From the human T2T-CHM13v2.0 reference genome, Homo sapiens: a stretch of DNA of 64,000 bases. Positions 1 to 14,402 of the stretch are shown piece after piece. The notes under the pieces were generated by a model. That model was not told the origin of the DNA. It was given only the letters and a program-made list of their open reading frames with translations, and did not search any database. The stretch lies in NCBI RefSeq assembly GCF_009914755.1, contig NC_060929.1. One strand, 5' to 3'. The position numbers and the translations under genes are program-made. The stretch's first letter is position 1. Each line of letters begins with the position of its first letter.

Positions 1-435
<435 letters not shown>

Positions 436-477
436 ACCATGTTTATTCTTCAGCTACGGTAGCAGGACTGACTTTGA

Positions 478-837
<360 letters not shown>

Positions 838-1837
838 TAAAGAGTACAAGATGAATCACACTAGGTGACTTTTAAATCAAGATGAATCACACCAGGTGAC
901 AACTTCTGACCTATGGTACTTGGTTTCCTTACTATAGCGTCACACCCATTATCTAATTCTTTTTCTTCCTCACCCTGTGAGCTAGACTGACCAGCAGTTT
1001 GTGTTGGGAAATCAGATGGAGTATAATTTGACATTTCTTTCTTCAGAATCTTTCTAATTTGACATGTCAGTGACTGGGTCTGCCAAGGAAATGGTTCTTA
1101 AGATGCTATTTTTCCTAAAAATACTTTCATAGCTCTCTTCCTCCACCCATTCCAACTCACTACTTCAATCCCAGCAAACAGAGAAAAGAAATTAAGCCAA
1201 ACCTCTTTTCAATTTACATACCAGAAAATATTTTAGAAAACAAGCTCAGAAGAGTGCTTCTGCAGCACTATTGGAAAATCTAGCCAGGATTTCCTCTGTA
1301 CAAATCTACCTCCCATTGCTCTCTGCATTCTGTCCACATCATTTTTATTTCCTGTGTGTGAATCCCATTGCCACCAGCTTGTCAGTAATGCTGCCCCTAG
1401 CAGTGGGGCCACTGCTCACATTTTAAAACATCCCTGAATTCCTTTGGCCAGGAGGAGATAGTAACAAAGGCCTCTAAAAATTTCTGCAGTGTCCAAGATG
1501 TGCTTGGTTACCATTTTTTTATAAGCTCATATTGCCCTCTTTATATTAAGGAGCCAAGGAAAACAGTATTTGTGTTTACTTCCTGAAAAATGGCAGGAAA
1601 TCAAGGTACATCTGTCTGAAAAGGAAACAGTTTATATTAATAGATGGATGGAGAGATTGGTAGATAGATAAATCAATAGACTGATAACTTACCTGTCCAG
1701 AGATAACTTTTGTCCTTCATAGCAATATGGAAAGGTATTTTATTTATGTTAGGTTAAAATTAAGGTAAATATTCACAATTCAAGTACTATATATATTTTT
1801 AGTTTGAATGAGAAATTTTAATATACAGAATTATTAA

Positions 1838-1946
1838 CTAGTAACAGAAACAGAGTAGAAAGGTGGTTGTCAGGTGCTGGGGGTGAAAGAAATGAAGGAT
1901 TTTGATCAAAGGGTACAAAATTTGAGTTATAAAATGAATAAGTTCA
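1838..1946 (+). mobile_element. Old L1M 3'-end fragment
   Basis: gaaacagagtagaaaggtggttgtcagg...caaagggtacaaaatttgagttataaaatgaataagttc resembles L1MA/MB 3' UTR. Confidence 0.7.
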
Positions 1947-2155
1947 AGTACAGTCTTTAAAAATCAACCTATATCTTTAGTATCCTTAATTTTTTGGAAA
2001 TCTAGTACGATTTCTCTATCCCCAAAGTTCTTAAAATAGACTTATTTCATCACAGCAGGCCCAATGGAAACAGGGACTTTTTTAGGATCAAGAATTCAGA
2101 AATGAATCTTAAAATTTTTTTTGAATGGTTGCTCAGTCCAGCATTTGTTTACATC

Positions 2156-2365
2156 TGAACTGTTCAATACAATAACCATTAGCTGCATGTGGCTATTTAA
2201 ATTTAAACTAAAGTTAGGCAACATTAAAGAGTCAGTTTATCATTCACCCTCACCACATTTTAAGTGCTCAACAGCCACATGTGTTTGGTAGCTGCCATAT
2301 TGGAGAACACAGATATAACACATTTGTATCAGTGCAGAAAGTTTTATTGGACACTGCTGGTCTAG
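2156..2365 (-). mobile_element. MER3 (hAT-Charlie) DNA transposon
   Basis: Internal palindromic gccacatgtg/catgtggcta motifs and the terminus gaaagttttattggacactgctggtctag. Confidence 0.8.
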
Positions 2366-3143
2366 ATGTTCAACTTCCTAGTGAAATTTTTTAAGGTTCA
2401 TCTTTTCCTCTCAAGTTCATTTCTAAAGTTCTCAGATCGCCATTTTCAGAAACGAAGTGTCTTTGCTGTTTCTCAGAACACCCTGTGTTGATAGGCAGTA
2501 GCTGTAACCTGTCTCTCAGAACACCCTATGTTGGTAGGCAGTAGCTGTAACAGTCCAATTCTTGGTCCAGAGCCACCACTTGGGTGCTCACTTGGGTGTT
2601 GTGCAACAGGAGAGCCTGAAGTATGCTCTGCATTCCTCAGAGGCATAGAATTGGCCTTGATTCAGCTGTCAGTGAAGTGCCGTCAGAGACATTCTAAAAA
2701 ACCATGCAGAGAAGGGAAAGTACAGGAAGGAAGGATTAAGGGGTTGTTTACCAGTAACCTAGAGGGATGTAAATACATTTAATCATTCCAGGATAGAGCT
2801 ACCTTTTTAATCATTCAATCAAAAACAAGGAGGAATGCTATGAAAGTATTTTTCTCAATTTAGTATATCCTTATAGATACCTACTATATTTAAAATCCTA
2901 TGTGGCATTTTAGATAAAGGATTAGGAGGATTCTTCTCCATTTCTTATATTTTTTAACAGAATTTTCTTTGCATACATCTTACCAAAAAAAAGTATTTAT
3001 TGGGTTAAAAATTAGTTTTCGTTCCCCACACATGACAACATAGAAATCTACAAGTAATTCAAATAGAGACATGGTTTAGAATCACAGATTAAATTGTCTC
3101 AGGGAGAGACATAATTTTCTAAAGAATGAAGATAAAATTAAAG

Positions 3144-3151
3144 TTGTTTTA

Positions 3152-3182
<31 letters not shown>

Positions 3183-3431
3183 TTTAGTAGAGACAGGATG
3201 TCTCTCTGTCACCCAGGCTGGAGCACAGTGGCATGATCATAGCCCACTGCAGCCTCAAACTTCTGAGCTCAAGTGAGTCTCCCACCTCAGCCTCCTGAGT
3301 AGCTGGGAATACAGGTGCACACCACCATACCCAGCTAATTTTTTACATTGTAAAAATTTTCGTAGAGATGGGGGTCTTACAGTCTTGTCCAGGTGGGTCT
3401 CTAACTCCTGGGCTCAAGCAATCCTCCCACC
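3144..3431 (-). mobile_element. AluJ, 5' end clipped
   Basis: (GTTTT)n tail, then gagacagg...cccaggctggag...ctcaagcaatcctcccacc. Confidence 0.9.
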
Positions 3432-3439
3432 GAAATTTA

Positions 3440-3643
<204 letters not shown>

Positions 3644-3725
3644 TCAATTGTCCATTTGGGTTTCATAGTGAATGTGTATGCATTCATATTATGGTTTCTT
3701 TTTCCCCCCATCCCAATCCAAAAAG

Positions 3726-3903
3726 GTGCCACCTGACTGGGAGAGAGCATCCTTCCAACAGGGCAGTCAGGCCAGCCCTGATTTAAAGCCAAGTCCACAA
3801 AATGGAGCCACGTTCCCGTCCTCTGGAGGATATGGCCAGGGGTCACTGATAGCCGATGAGGAGTCCCAGGAGTTTGATGATTTAATATTTGCATTAAAAA
3901 CTG
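3726..3903 (+). CDS. ADGRV1: ADGRV1 penultimate coding exon (exon 89), cytoplasmic tail
   Basis: Acceptor aaaag|GTG and donor CTG|gtatgt. 178 nt translating [59 protein letters not shown](G). Phase 0 start and phase 1 end match the neighbouring exons. Confidence 0.95.
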
Positions 3904-5102
3904 GTATGTATGAACCCATGAACGACATTAGAAGTAGGCACTCTTGCTATGTTACAATTTATATTTTCTTTCCATGAAGTTGCAAAGTACTATCAGTCAC
4001 CCTTAGCACATCCTGATTCTCATGACCCATTCCTAATCCCAGGAAAACTCTAGGATATTTTGTTCTTGGCACCAAATGTAAGACAACCTAAAAATAATTT
4101 ATAACTTGTTTTCAAAAAAGACATACTCTAACTAAATGTAAATATCCCTGTCCTGGAATCTTGCTAGAACACCAAGATACTATTAAGTTTGCTATAGACA
4201 GTCGATAGGGATCTCACTGAGGGAGTTTTGCCTCTGGCCTGCCAAAGAGACCTTCTTATGCAGTGCCTTTGAAGCAGAAACTTTCCAAGGCAACATAATG
4301 AGCATGGTATAGTTCTATAATTTCCAAGTGCTATCACATACAATAATTCTTTGACCCTCCTATTTACTCAGTCCCACTCAACTTTGACCCCAGTGGATAG
4401 TTCTTACAGAATGAGAGGAAAACAGTCCAAGAGGTCCCAACTCATCAGCATATGATACTAGAAACATGCTAAGGCAATAAAAGACCATGAAACCGCCTGA
4501 TTAAGGGTCACACGCTCCTGGGTGAAACAGTTAGTGGATATCATTCTTTCCAGTGTGTCTAAATGATATCTGCATTCATAATATAAACATAGTGGATATT
4601 TTATTGGTCAGAAATTCTACTTTGAACATTAAAAGAAAACCGTAAACTAATTTGAGTTTTCAAATCAAATATGCAGTTTAAAAATTTTTTCCTCAGAAAA
4701 ATGTTGAACTGACACTTATAAAAATTCCAGTGAATTTTAATTTCTAGATAACCACATAAGCAAGAAAATGTGTCCATGCCCAGTTGAAGTTATTGAAATA
4801 TTTATTCAGAAGTGCATTTTACTTTCTTATAGTTTTATTGTTTGGCTATGAAGTATATTGCTTTGCTAAAACATTTTTCTTTATTATTTTGAAGTTAAAA
4901 TTTTATTATATCTTGAAAAATACTCCAAAATTCCTAAGAATAACAGCATATTTTCATGTATCATATTTTACAACCTTCCCAAGGTTACATAGTTAAGCGG
5001 CGGCGCAAAGCAGATGCAGGCCGCCTGGCCTTGAGACCGTGCTCTCAGCCGCTGTGGCACAACCGCCTCTCGAGTGCTTTGTTAAGAATGGCACATCCTA
5101 TC

Positions 5103-5522
5103 TGTATTAGTCCATTCTCACACTGCTATGAAGAAATACTGGAAACTGGGTAATTTATAAAGGAAAGAGGTTTAATTGACTCACAGTACCACATGGCTGG
5201 GGAAGCTTCAGGAAATGTACAATCATGGCGGAAGGCAAAGGAGAAGCAGGCACCTTCTTCACAGGGTGGCAGGACAGAGTGAGGGCAAGCAGGGGAAATG
5301 CCAGACACTTGTAAAACCATCAGATCTCGTGAGACTCACTCACTATCATAAGAATAGCATAGGGTAAACTGCCCCCATGATCCAGTTGCCTCCACGTGGT
5401 CCTGCCCACCACACGTGGAGAATGTGGGGCTAGAATTACAATTATAATTGAATTATACAATTACAATTGACTCTTACAATTCAAGATGAGATTTTGGGTG
5501 GGGACACAGCCAAATCATATCA
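5103..5522 (-). mobile_element. THE1 (THE1C/D-like) solo LTR
   Basis: Termini tgtattagtcc...ggggacacagccaaatcatatca; 5-bp TSD ctatc/ctatg. Confidence 0.9.
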
Positions 5523-5739
5523 CTATGGAAAGGAATAAGAACTCAACCCTATACTCAGATTAGTGCTTAGAATAACCTTTGCTAGATATTGCTGAATCCT
5601 GAGTGAGGGGATGAATTTGAACAATGAAGCTTAGAGTTTGCTAGGAAAAATAGACATTCACATAAACATGACATAAGAAAGAATAAAGTAATGGAGAGAG
5701 TTAAAAAATGACAGAGGAGATGAAAAAGTAACAAAAAAT

Positions 5740-6960
5740 TCTCTATTAATTCTTGAAGGATGTATAGGTTTTGAACAAGTAAAGAATGGAGGAAAGGGCA
5801 TTAGGGACTGAGGGAATAGAATTAGCAGGAGCCCAGAGGCTTAATGGTGTGTGGCCTGTTTTAGAACCAGTGCTGCAGTGTGGCAGGGGCAGAGAGTGAG
5901 AGAAGCCGGGCAGCAGAAGGCAGGCCTGACAGGTAGCTTGCCGGCACCATCAATAATCTACTAGAGTTCCCCAGCTGGGTTTCAGCAAACACCCTCCCTT
6001 AGCTATTCATAGTCATTCCGCAATGGGAGGATCCCTGACCCAGTATATTTGGGCAATTGCAGAGATTCACAATTCACATTAGCATTTTAGCAGCTCTAAA
6101 ATGTTCTAGACCAAGGAAACCCATTTTGCTTAATTTAACCTGGTCTTTCCAGAACACTAGCAATACAATCATTGTGGGGGAGCAGAACACTCACTGATAC
6201 TTTGCATAATATTAAAATGCTATTCGGATGCCATGGTAAGGAGTGAGATTTTTATAGAACATAGTGAGCCATGTAGGTTTTGGAGGAAAGAAATGGCATG
6301 TTCCTATTTGTTTTGAGGCAAAATAACTCTTATGAAAGTATGAAGAAATAAATTTAGAAGCAATATCAGAAAGGCTGGGAGGTTATTACAGTGTTCCAAA
6401 AGAATGAGATTAAGGCCTCAAATCTGGAGAGTGGAAATAAAAATGGGAAATGAGCTTCCCAACAAGAGGAATGCCGAGGAAAGACTGAGGGACAATCTTC
6501 CAAAGCTCATGCTTCTCACCACAATGGCTGACTAAAAGAAAAGTATATAGAGCATTTGTTTGTTTATTTGTTTGCAGGAGGAAACTGATGAGTTCAGATG
6601 TAGGCCTGGTGGCTCCTAAATATTCAGGTTTGGATCTTAGGTGAGGGACCAGGATAAAAGGTAATGATTTGAAATGCATCAGCACAGAGATGATATTTGA
6701 AGCTATGGAGATGAAAAAAGGTTGATCTGGGAGACTGGAAGGAGAGAGAAGAAAGGAAAAGAGATGAGGAAGTCAGGGGAGAAGAAGGAAGGGAAACAGG
6801 AATGTTATAGATAATACCAACATTTAAAGAGTGAATTAGAAGACAGTCTCACCAAGAAACTGTAGCAAGTTCAGAAAGAAAAACAAAGAGGAAGGAGTTT
6901 CAGGAAGGAAGAAATGATTAGCTGCACAAAACTTTCCTTAAAGTCAGGGCTGAAAAGAGG
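5740..6960 (-). mobile_element. Degraded L2 fragments with a probable hAT insert near 5960-6180
   Basis: Purine-rich sequence with L2-like phrases (gccatggtaaggagt, ggcatgttcctatttgtttt, catcagcacagagatgatatttgaagctatgg). Boundaries approximate. Confidence 0.5.
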
Positions 6961-9334
6961 CTATCAGACTACAAGTAATTCTCAGGGCAGATTATGTCCT
7001 CAGTGCTACAGTGTCATCAGTTGTTGAAGTTATGACACCGGAAACATAAAGTGAATTCTTGGAACATAATTAAATTAGATCTATATTACATTACATCTTA
7101 TATTTATGTAACTATGAAGTGCATTTGGTTCTAGAATGTAAGGAATGTCTTCCTTACTTATAGATTTGTAGAGTTCCCTGAACTCACTAGGAAATAAATA
7201 CTTTAAAAGACCAAAATAACAATCTCTAATACTTGGTTCCCTATATTTTTAGAAAAAGTAATGTAGTAATCATGTATCAGCCACTGGACACTTTCCCTCC
7301 TAGAATATGGTCAAATAAAGGTCAGTCTACATGCCATTTTGTCTACAGCAGTTATAACTGACCCATAAGGCCAGATTCAGCCCAACAAAGTGCTTTGTTT
7401 GATCCATATAACATCTTAACATTTTTTGAGCCAATATGAAAAATATAGAGCTATTTTCTAAAAATATAGAATTTCTAGAAAAATCTAGCAACAGAGTCTT
7501 TGAAGTCGAGCACAGCGCTGCTTGCTTGGAACTGAGTAATAGCAGCCCCTTTGGACATGAGCTCTTCCACTGTCTAGTGCCTACTAGGCCCATGTCACTG
7601 GTTTATGCAAACCTCCTTGGCCACTAGGACATTTGAGTTTGCAAACCTTGGTCCCTCTCAGGTCCACCTTCACTATGGCCCATTCCAAGTCAAGTACTAA
7701 AACAGTGGGCCTTCCATGTCTCTTTCATTTGAACCCCTAAACAACTTGTCAAAGCTATGTAGCCTTTTGCATGTGTTTAAAAAGTTTTTCATAATCAGTT
7801 TAAATGGTATCAAATAATGTAATTTCCACTATATCATACATTTTGGTGTTTGAAAATAAAACTTTTACATTATTGTTTCAAACTAACCCAAAGGCTCTTT
7901 GCTAACTACCTTAGCAATGCAATACCTAGCTATTCATTTTTTAAATATGTGAACAGGCTTTTTTTTATAATTGGAAATTTGACATCACTTTCTTTTCTCC
8001 TTGAACTTATATTTCCATTCTACTTTCTCCACAGAATTTTATCCTACTATAATATATTTTATACTTAAAATTCATTTTACTCATATTTCTTTCCAACAGA
8101 ACATGTTTTTAAATTAGAACTTAATTTTTTTCTGTGGCCATAAGACTCTAAGGTGTTCAACATTTCTTTTATACTGTTACCATTACAATTATTCCTAGTG
8201 TACAGTTCAACAAATCAACATGAGTAACAAAAACATCTGTTTTGATAAATGATTGTCAAAAATGAAAAAGACTTATCAGAATAATAGATATGGAAATTCA
8301 AGATCTGGGAATGTATTCCCTTAAAGCTGTCCTTCCCATACTATCTTGTACTCCTTGAAAAGGCATCATGTACCACAAGTTAAAGGAATCCCAGCCTGAA
8401 GACTTCTACTTCAGGTGCTTTACATCCTGCAGAGGCACTGACCTGGAGCGATGTGCAACATTAGATTATGAGGAGGGGCAGCCAGCTCCCACATTGACCA
8501 CTGACGTTAGCCAAATCGTTAACCACCTCTTCTCACCTATAATAACTGGGCTAGCACACTCCTATTTTCCCTTCTACTTCAAAAATCCTACATTGCAAAG
8601 ATTTCCTTATTCTCAAATAACAGTTTCTACCATGTATCTGATAATTTTCTACTTGAGATTATGTGACAATGAGCCACCAATTTCTGCCCATGTCCTAGGC
8701 TTTCTGGCAGGCCTCCAATCTCTCCTTACATCTGCAGCCAACCTTAGAGAACACTGGAAATTTAAGGCAAAAATGGGCCTTTGGCATTCAACAGCCATTC
8801 TTTTTAACCTCCTCCTTTCTTAGCTATAGCATCATTCATAATGAAGTTTTCTATAAACAGGTAGAAGATAAAAGCTTTTTCTGTGGTTTTTACATCTTAA
8901 TAGAAAACCCTTAAAAACCAAAACCTACAAGGTGGAAAAAAGTTCATTTTTACTTGTGGGACTTCAGGGACTGTGGTAGCATCAGATGAAAGATCAAATT
9001 TGAAAATCCTTCTCAAATTGTACCACCTGTTAATCAGGTTTGTTCTATGTACTTCCCTTCCCCTAAGATCCTGCACTAAAATATGTGTCAGAGAGTATGT
9101 AATAATCAAGACAGAGGTTAATAAGTCTCAAATGAGCAAGTAGGTCACAAGAATAGGAAGCATGGTCCATCCAATGCAAATTCCACATAGAAGCAGGAAG
9201 GGTGGCCAGGTGAACATGTAGAAATAAGAATCTGGCCTAGTCCTGGGCCAGAGTTTATGTTCTGAAAAACCAGGATTCATCTCAGTATCCCTGGAAATGT
9301 AGCAGTGCTGAGTATCTCAGTTGATGCTCCATAT

Positions 9335-9408
9335 TGGATGGATACATGGATGGGTGGATGGATGGATGGATGGATGGATGGATGGATGGATGGATGGATG
9401 GATAGATG
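9335..9408 (+). repeat. (TGGA)n tetranucleotide microsatellite
   Basis: Direct reading. Confidence 0.95.
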
Positions 9409-12400
9409 CATGGGATTCAGGAAGAGTGACTAGGCCTTTCAATAGCCACTGATACTATCTCCTGTGCCCTTTTAATCTCCCTTACAATTCATCATCTTTC
9501 AGTTAGGAATAATGTTCAGATATTCAAGCACATACTAAAATGCTTGCATTAATTCAGTAGGTAGAATGCCTTTACTGAGTGCAATAGAGAGAATTTAATG
9601 TCAGAATGCCATTGCTCTAAGGGGCAAGGAGGAGACCTAACACTCTTTAGCTAAGACATTCTCTTTTTAATTATGTTAAGATTAACCATGAGAAAGACTA
9701 TATCTCTAAGACAGAAAGCTTAAGTAGTCAGTTTCCAGATTAAAAAAATCATCACTTCTTTACAAGCATTTACAAATGCTTGTCAGCAGGCTCCAAATTC
9801 ATGTTTGACAGCTACAAATGAATTCTGATGTGGGCAAGACAGTGTTTTTGAAGCCACTGTGTTAGTGCATACTTTGTTGCATACTTCAAACTTATATTAA
9901 AGGCAAGTATATTAAAATTGTTTGATCTAAAATAGAAGCCCTGGCCCATAAAACAGTCATGGACTTCTTTTTCAATCTAATTTTAACCATATTACATTTT
10001 TAAAAATTTAGAAAAAGAAAACACTATTGACGTTTTAAGTTTTTAAGTTAAAATATTCGACTTTCTATGAGAAATCCACATTTCACTCTCAAAAAAGATG
10101 ACATAATGTCCTTCAATTATTTGTTCTTGAAGTACATCGGCACTTCCACAGGCAAATGAGACACTGAGTTCTAGACTAGTGGTATCCTGATTATTATTAG
10201 TTTTTTTTTTTTATTTTAAATAGAGCTGTCTAATGTATCATCAGTGTCCCCAACCAGGACTTTAGGAGAATGGGAACAGTCACCCTGGGACAGCCTCCAT
10301 TTTAGGGAAGAGGAGAAAGTTCAGAGCAAACTAGAACAAAGACTCAGGATGAGGGTAGGATGGAAAGGAATGTCTCCATTTACATGCTTAACAAGGTGTG
10401 CCTTGAGTACTGGCATTTCTGTGTTGATCCCAAGTTGACAAGATTCCTGAAAATGTCAAGCTTGGAACATATTGGGCTTAGAAAGGAGTCTTTCTTCAGC
10501 GAGGGCTTCTCCCAGAATGACTAACCTGATTCCCCACCATCCCCAGCCCCCTAGCTTCCTGGTGTTATCCCAGGCCAATGACATCAATGTCATGGTAAAC
10601 ATTTCCCTATGGGAAACCTAGAAATGATTTATTTTTCAGTTAGAAGAAAATAGATGACAAGTCCTTGAACACAAATGAAAACATTCAGAATCAAGGCCCA
10701 AAATACTCAAACTTCTCCAAGAACTCATCAATAAATTTCTCTTTGCAAGATATCCCATCAAACCACAATGACTTATTTAACTTCAAGAACTTATGCAGCC
10801 CAGTGTAGTAAACAAAGTTAGGTAAGAATCAAAATGGAAAGGTGGAATTTTGAAAGATTTTGAATTTTTTCCTCAGAAAAAGATGGAAGGGGTATGGTCT
10901 TTGGATCATTGTCACATTGATGTGGGCCACTCAGCTAGCACCTCTCATCCTCACTCAGTCCGTGCATCTGTAAAACAGGACTGATACTCACCCTATCCTA
11001 ACCAAAGTATATTAAAATGTTAAGAAAAGATGAAGCTCATGATGAATGTAAATTATTACTTTTAGTTCCTTTATAATTGCCTGTTCTATTGACCAAAGGA
11101 AAGTGTCCCTGTTATCACAGTCGCTGGATTTTTCTTAAACTTTTGGTTTGAAATTTAAGCATGGAAACACCTTTCAGAAAATCAGGATACTTACTGCAAA
11201 CTACCCGCCTATACCATTTAATGAATTGCAAAGGGATGGGAGACCTGGTTTGTGCTCCCAGGTCTCGGCATGTTATACTTGTGTGTAATATATGCCTTTT
11301 CTGAGTCTCAGTGAGGGATGAGTATCTGGATATTTGTGCATTTCTTTGAACTTGGAAGAAATTGCAAAGGAGGATGATGAGATGGGTCAGTAGATGTGGT
11401 GACTCAAGACGAGTCTAGAACTTGCTTACATATCTTGAGTTGCTAAACAAGCTCAGCATGCTTTCAATAAGGCAGAGCTTGTCTTTCTAGTGTGCCTTGT
11501 CCCAGTTGTCATCACATGCTTTATGATGATATTCCTAGTGGGATTTAGAGTAGGCAGACACTGAAATCACTGGGAGTTGGTACTAGTTAAGTCATTCGGC
11601 CTCAGTCTTCCCTGAGGCTAATCATGGGGTCCTCTCTGTTCCTCCCTAGTGCTTCCATATTTAGCTCTTCCTTGCTACAGGCCCCAGGGCCTTAGTCACC
11701 TCCTTATAGAATGGCCACTGTCTCGCCAGTTCACTGAGGTTCTTCCAAATAACACGGTTCTCCTGTTCCCAGCAGAGAAGCATGGGCCATTTGTCCTTCG
11801 AAGGCCTGGAAGTAGACACAAATGTTACCTTCGGGGGCCAAGCATTATTTATGGTAGTCCATAAATGATTGAAGAGGGCTGGGTGAAAACAGAGACAAAC
11901 TGAAGGACTGCCTGGTCCATGGGTTTTTTGTTGTTGTTTTTTGTTTTGTTTTGTAATGCGGAAATGCAGGCCCAATGTTGCCTGATCTTCTGGTTGTTGT
12001 TTTTGTTAGTTTTTTTTTTTTTTTTTTCAAGAGAAACCAGAAATCTGATTTTTTTGATGTGAAATGTATTAATTGGTAAATTTTAGCAACTTAGTAAATT
12101 TTTAAAAATACATTGTCACTGGCAATATTCTGGTTCTTGAAGAAAGGAGTTTATGAGTGTTTGTTAAGCATTTTGCTTTATGGCTTATGTATACATTGTA
12201 GATAGGAGTATTATTAAATTTATCATCAAAACCTGGGCAGTGTGAGAGAATAAAGGGGAGGTGATTAATGATTTTGTCAGGGATGAGAACTTTTCACATT
12301 TTATGTCCTCCAGCTCCCTATTTTGAGGAGATGGAAAAATAAGTATCTGTAAAAAGGTATAGAGATGGGCCCTGATGGGCAGGCAGGAAGACATTCAGGC

Positions 12401-12669
12401 TGGAATTAACATGGTGCATTCAGGGCATCAGGAGACCTGATCAGTTTCAGAGAAAGCGCTCCAAAAGGCAATGGTTGGGATACATCTATTTGATAGGCTA
12501 GAGACAGATTAAAGACTGATATGAAAGCCAAAGCAGAGGGTTCCCAACTCAGTGTAACTGGCAATAGGAACTAACACTCGTTCTTGAGAAGGAGAGGGCA
12601 GTGGAATACAGAACAGACCAGAGGAACAGAACAGGAGATGAGATGGAGCAGGCAGGTTCACGACTTAGG

Positions 12670-13250
12670 ATGCAGAGCACAGTTTAATACTACATTCAGC
12701 ACACATTTGCTGAACACCTGCAGTGTACTGAGCACTGTCCTATGAGCTAGGAGACAGAAAGATAGGAAGGACATAATCCAGTGGGGGGGTCAGAAATTTT
12801 AAAAGAGAATAATCATGTTTCAAGGGATAGCAGAGTTGATATTGGTAGGAAGAGTGGAGGCAGCCAGATGAAGGAGGTGGGAAGTGAGAAGAGCACCCCA
12901 GGCAGAGGTGCCAGCATAAGAACGTCGTGTGAAAAGGCAGTGACCTGCTGCTCCGTGTCCTGAGCTTGGAAACCCTAGTGAGACATTAGGAGAGAGTGCA
13001 GGCAAGAGGATCCTGCAGGCCTTGAGACAGGGCAGAAAACAAGGCCTCCAGAAATGAGGCAGCAGGAGGAAATGTATGAGAAAGCAGAATAGATCTAGAA
13101 AGAGCCAGCAGATCAGAGGATAAGATGGGCAAGTACCATGTCACAGAAGCAAAGAGAGGAAGTGGAGTTTCAACAGCGGCCTTTAACAGAGAGAGTGCGA
13201 AGGTCAGAGACCCAGAAGAAGGAGGGCTTGGCTAGAAGGTCACTAGTAGG
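12670..13250 (-). mobile_element. Degraded L2 fragments
   Basis: cattcagcacacatttgctgaacacctgcagtgtactgagcactgtccta is a typical reversed L2 3' end; purine-rich continuation. Confidence 0.5.
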
Positions 13251-14222
13251 CTCTGGCTTCCATCTCCAGATAGGCTAAGATTAAGCCAATTCACCATTTT
13301 CCCACAACTGTCAACTCTGCAGAATTGCCTTTTCTTCCTCTCAGACAGAAAGGGAAATCCCAGCTGCCTGAGCAACCGGTTTTTCACTTTCCTCCTTGTT
13401 TGCAGAGTCTAGTGGGGCTGGCCCTGGTAACCTCTGGTGATTCATCCAGCACACCCTATGACCACATCCCCATTGTGTGTGTGTAGAGAGGATGAGAGTT
13501 TATGTGTTCCTCTGAACGTTATTACAAAAGAAAAGAACATTGTTCTCTAGAAATATGAAAGAAAAAGAAAAGAACAAGGTGTTACTCTAGCATAGTTTTT
13601 TCTCAATTATCTGAGTTGTGAAAAAAAAAGTAATGAATAGTGGAGCTTCCTCAAAACAGATTCTGAGCGCTGTCAGTAGTTAACAGTAACTACTGTGGTG
13701 GAATTCCTGTGTGGATCTATTTTGGCACTGTGTTACGTAATTATTTTTATCTTAGGATCAGATCTGAATCATTCAGAGCCAATGTCTTCAGGGCACTGGT
13801 GTGACTCCAGGTGTTCTCACATGCCTGTCTTTCTTCTCAGATCACTGCCCAACACTGAATCTCAAGTGATGGACCTCAGTGCATATGAATTCGGGGCCTA
13901 TATGTTTTGTAACAGCAAATCCTACCCCACTGGTGAAAAAGTCTAATAACCTGACTGATTTTCTATTTTGATGAGCCCTCAATTGAGAGATTATATTGTG
14001 GTAGTAGGTTACACCTGCCCACCATGTGAAAAACAAACAGTAAAGATTGAGAACCCAAATGTGTGTCTTTAGAAATTAATCCGTACAATTTAAAAAACTG
14101 CCAAAGGAAATGTAAAAGATAGTTTCATAATTGTTAGGTATTAATAATATCTATTCTAAATGTATGGCTTATTTTTTACTAATATAATAGAAATAAACAG
14201 GCTTGGACCTAATGTAAATTGA

Positions 14223-14402
<180 letters not shown>

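Noticed and set aside
1687-1695. Perfect minus-strand donor CAG|GTAAGT
   Set aside because: No matching acceptor identified; an isolated 9-mer is expected by chance.
847-2551. Short direct repeats considered as CRISPR-like arrays
   Set aside because: Only two copies each, no spacer series, and the DNA is human; no prokaryote-type system is present.
3672-3977. ORF read as a stand-alone 101-aa protein
   Set aside because: Only 3726-3903 is exonic; the flanks are intron read-through.
8368-8823. 151-aa ATG ORF in the last ADGRV1 intron
   Set aside because: No recognisable domain and no convincing splice or promoter context; length is compatible with chance.
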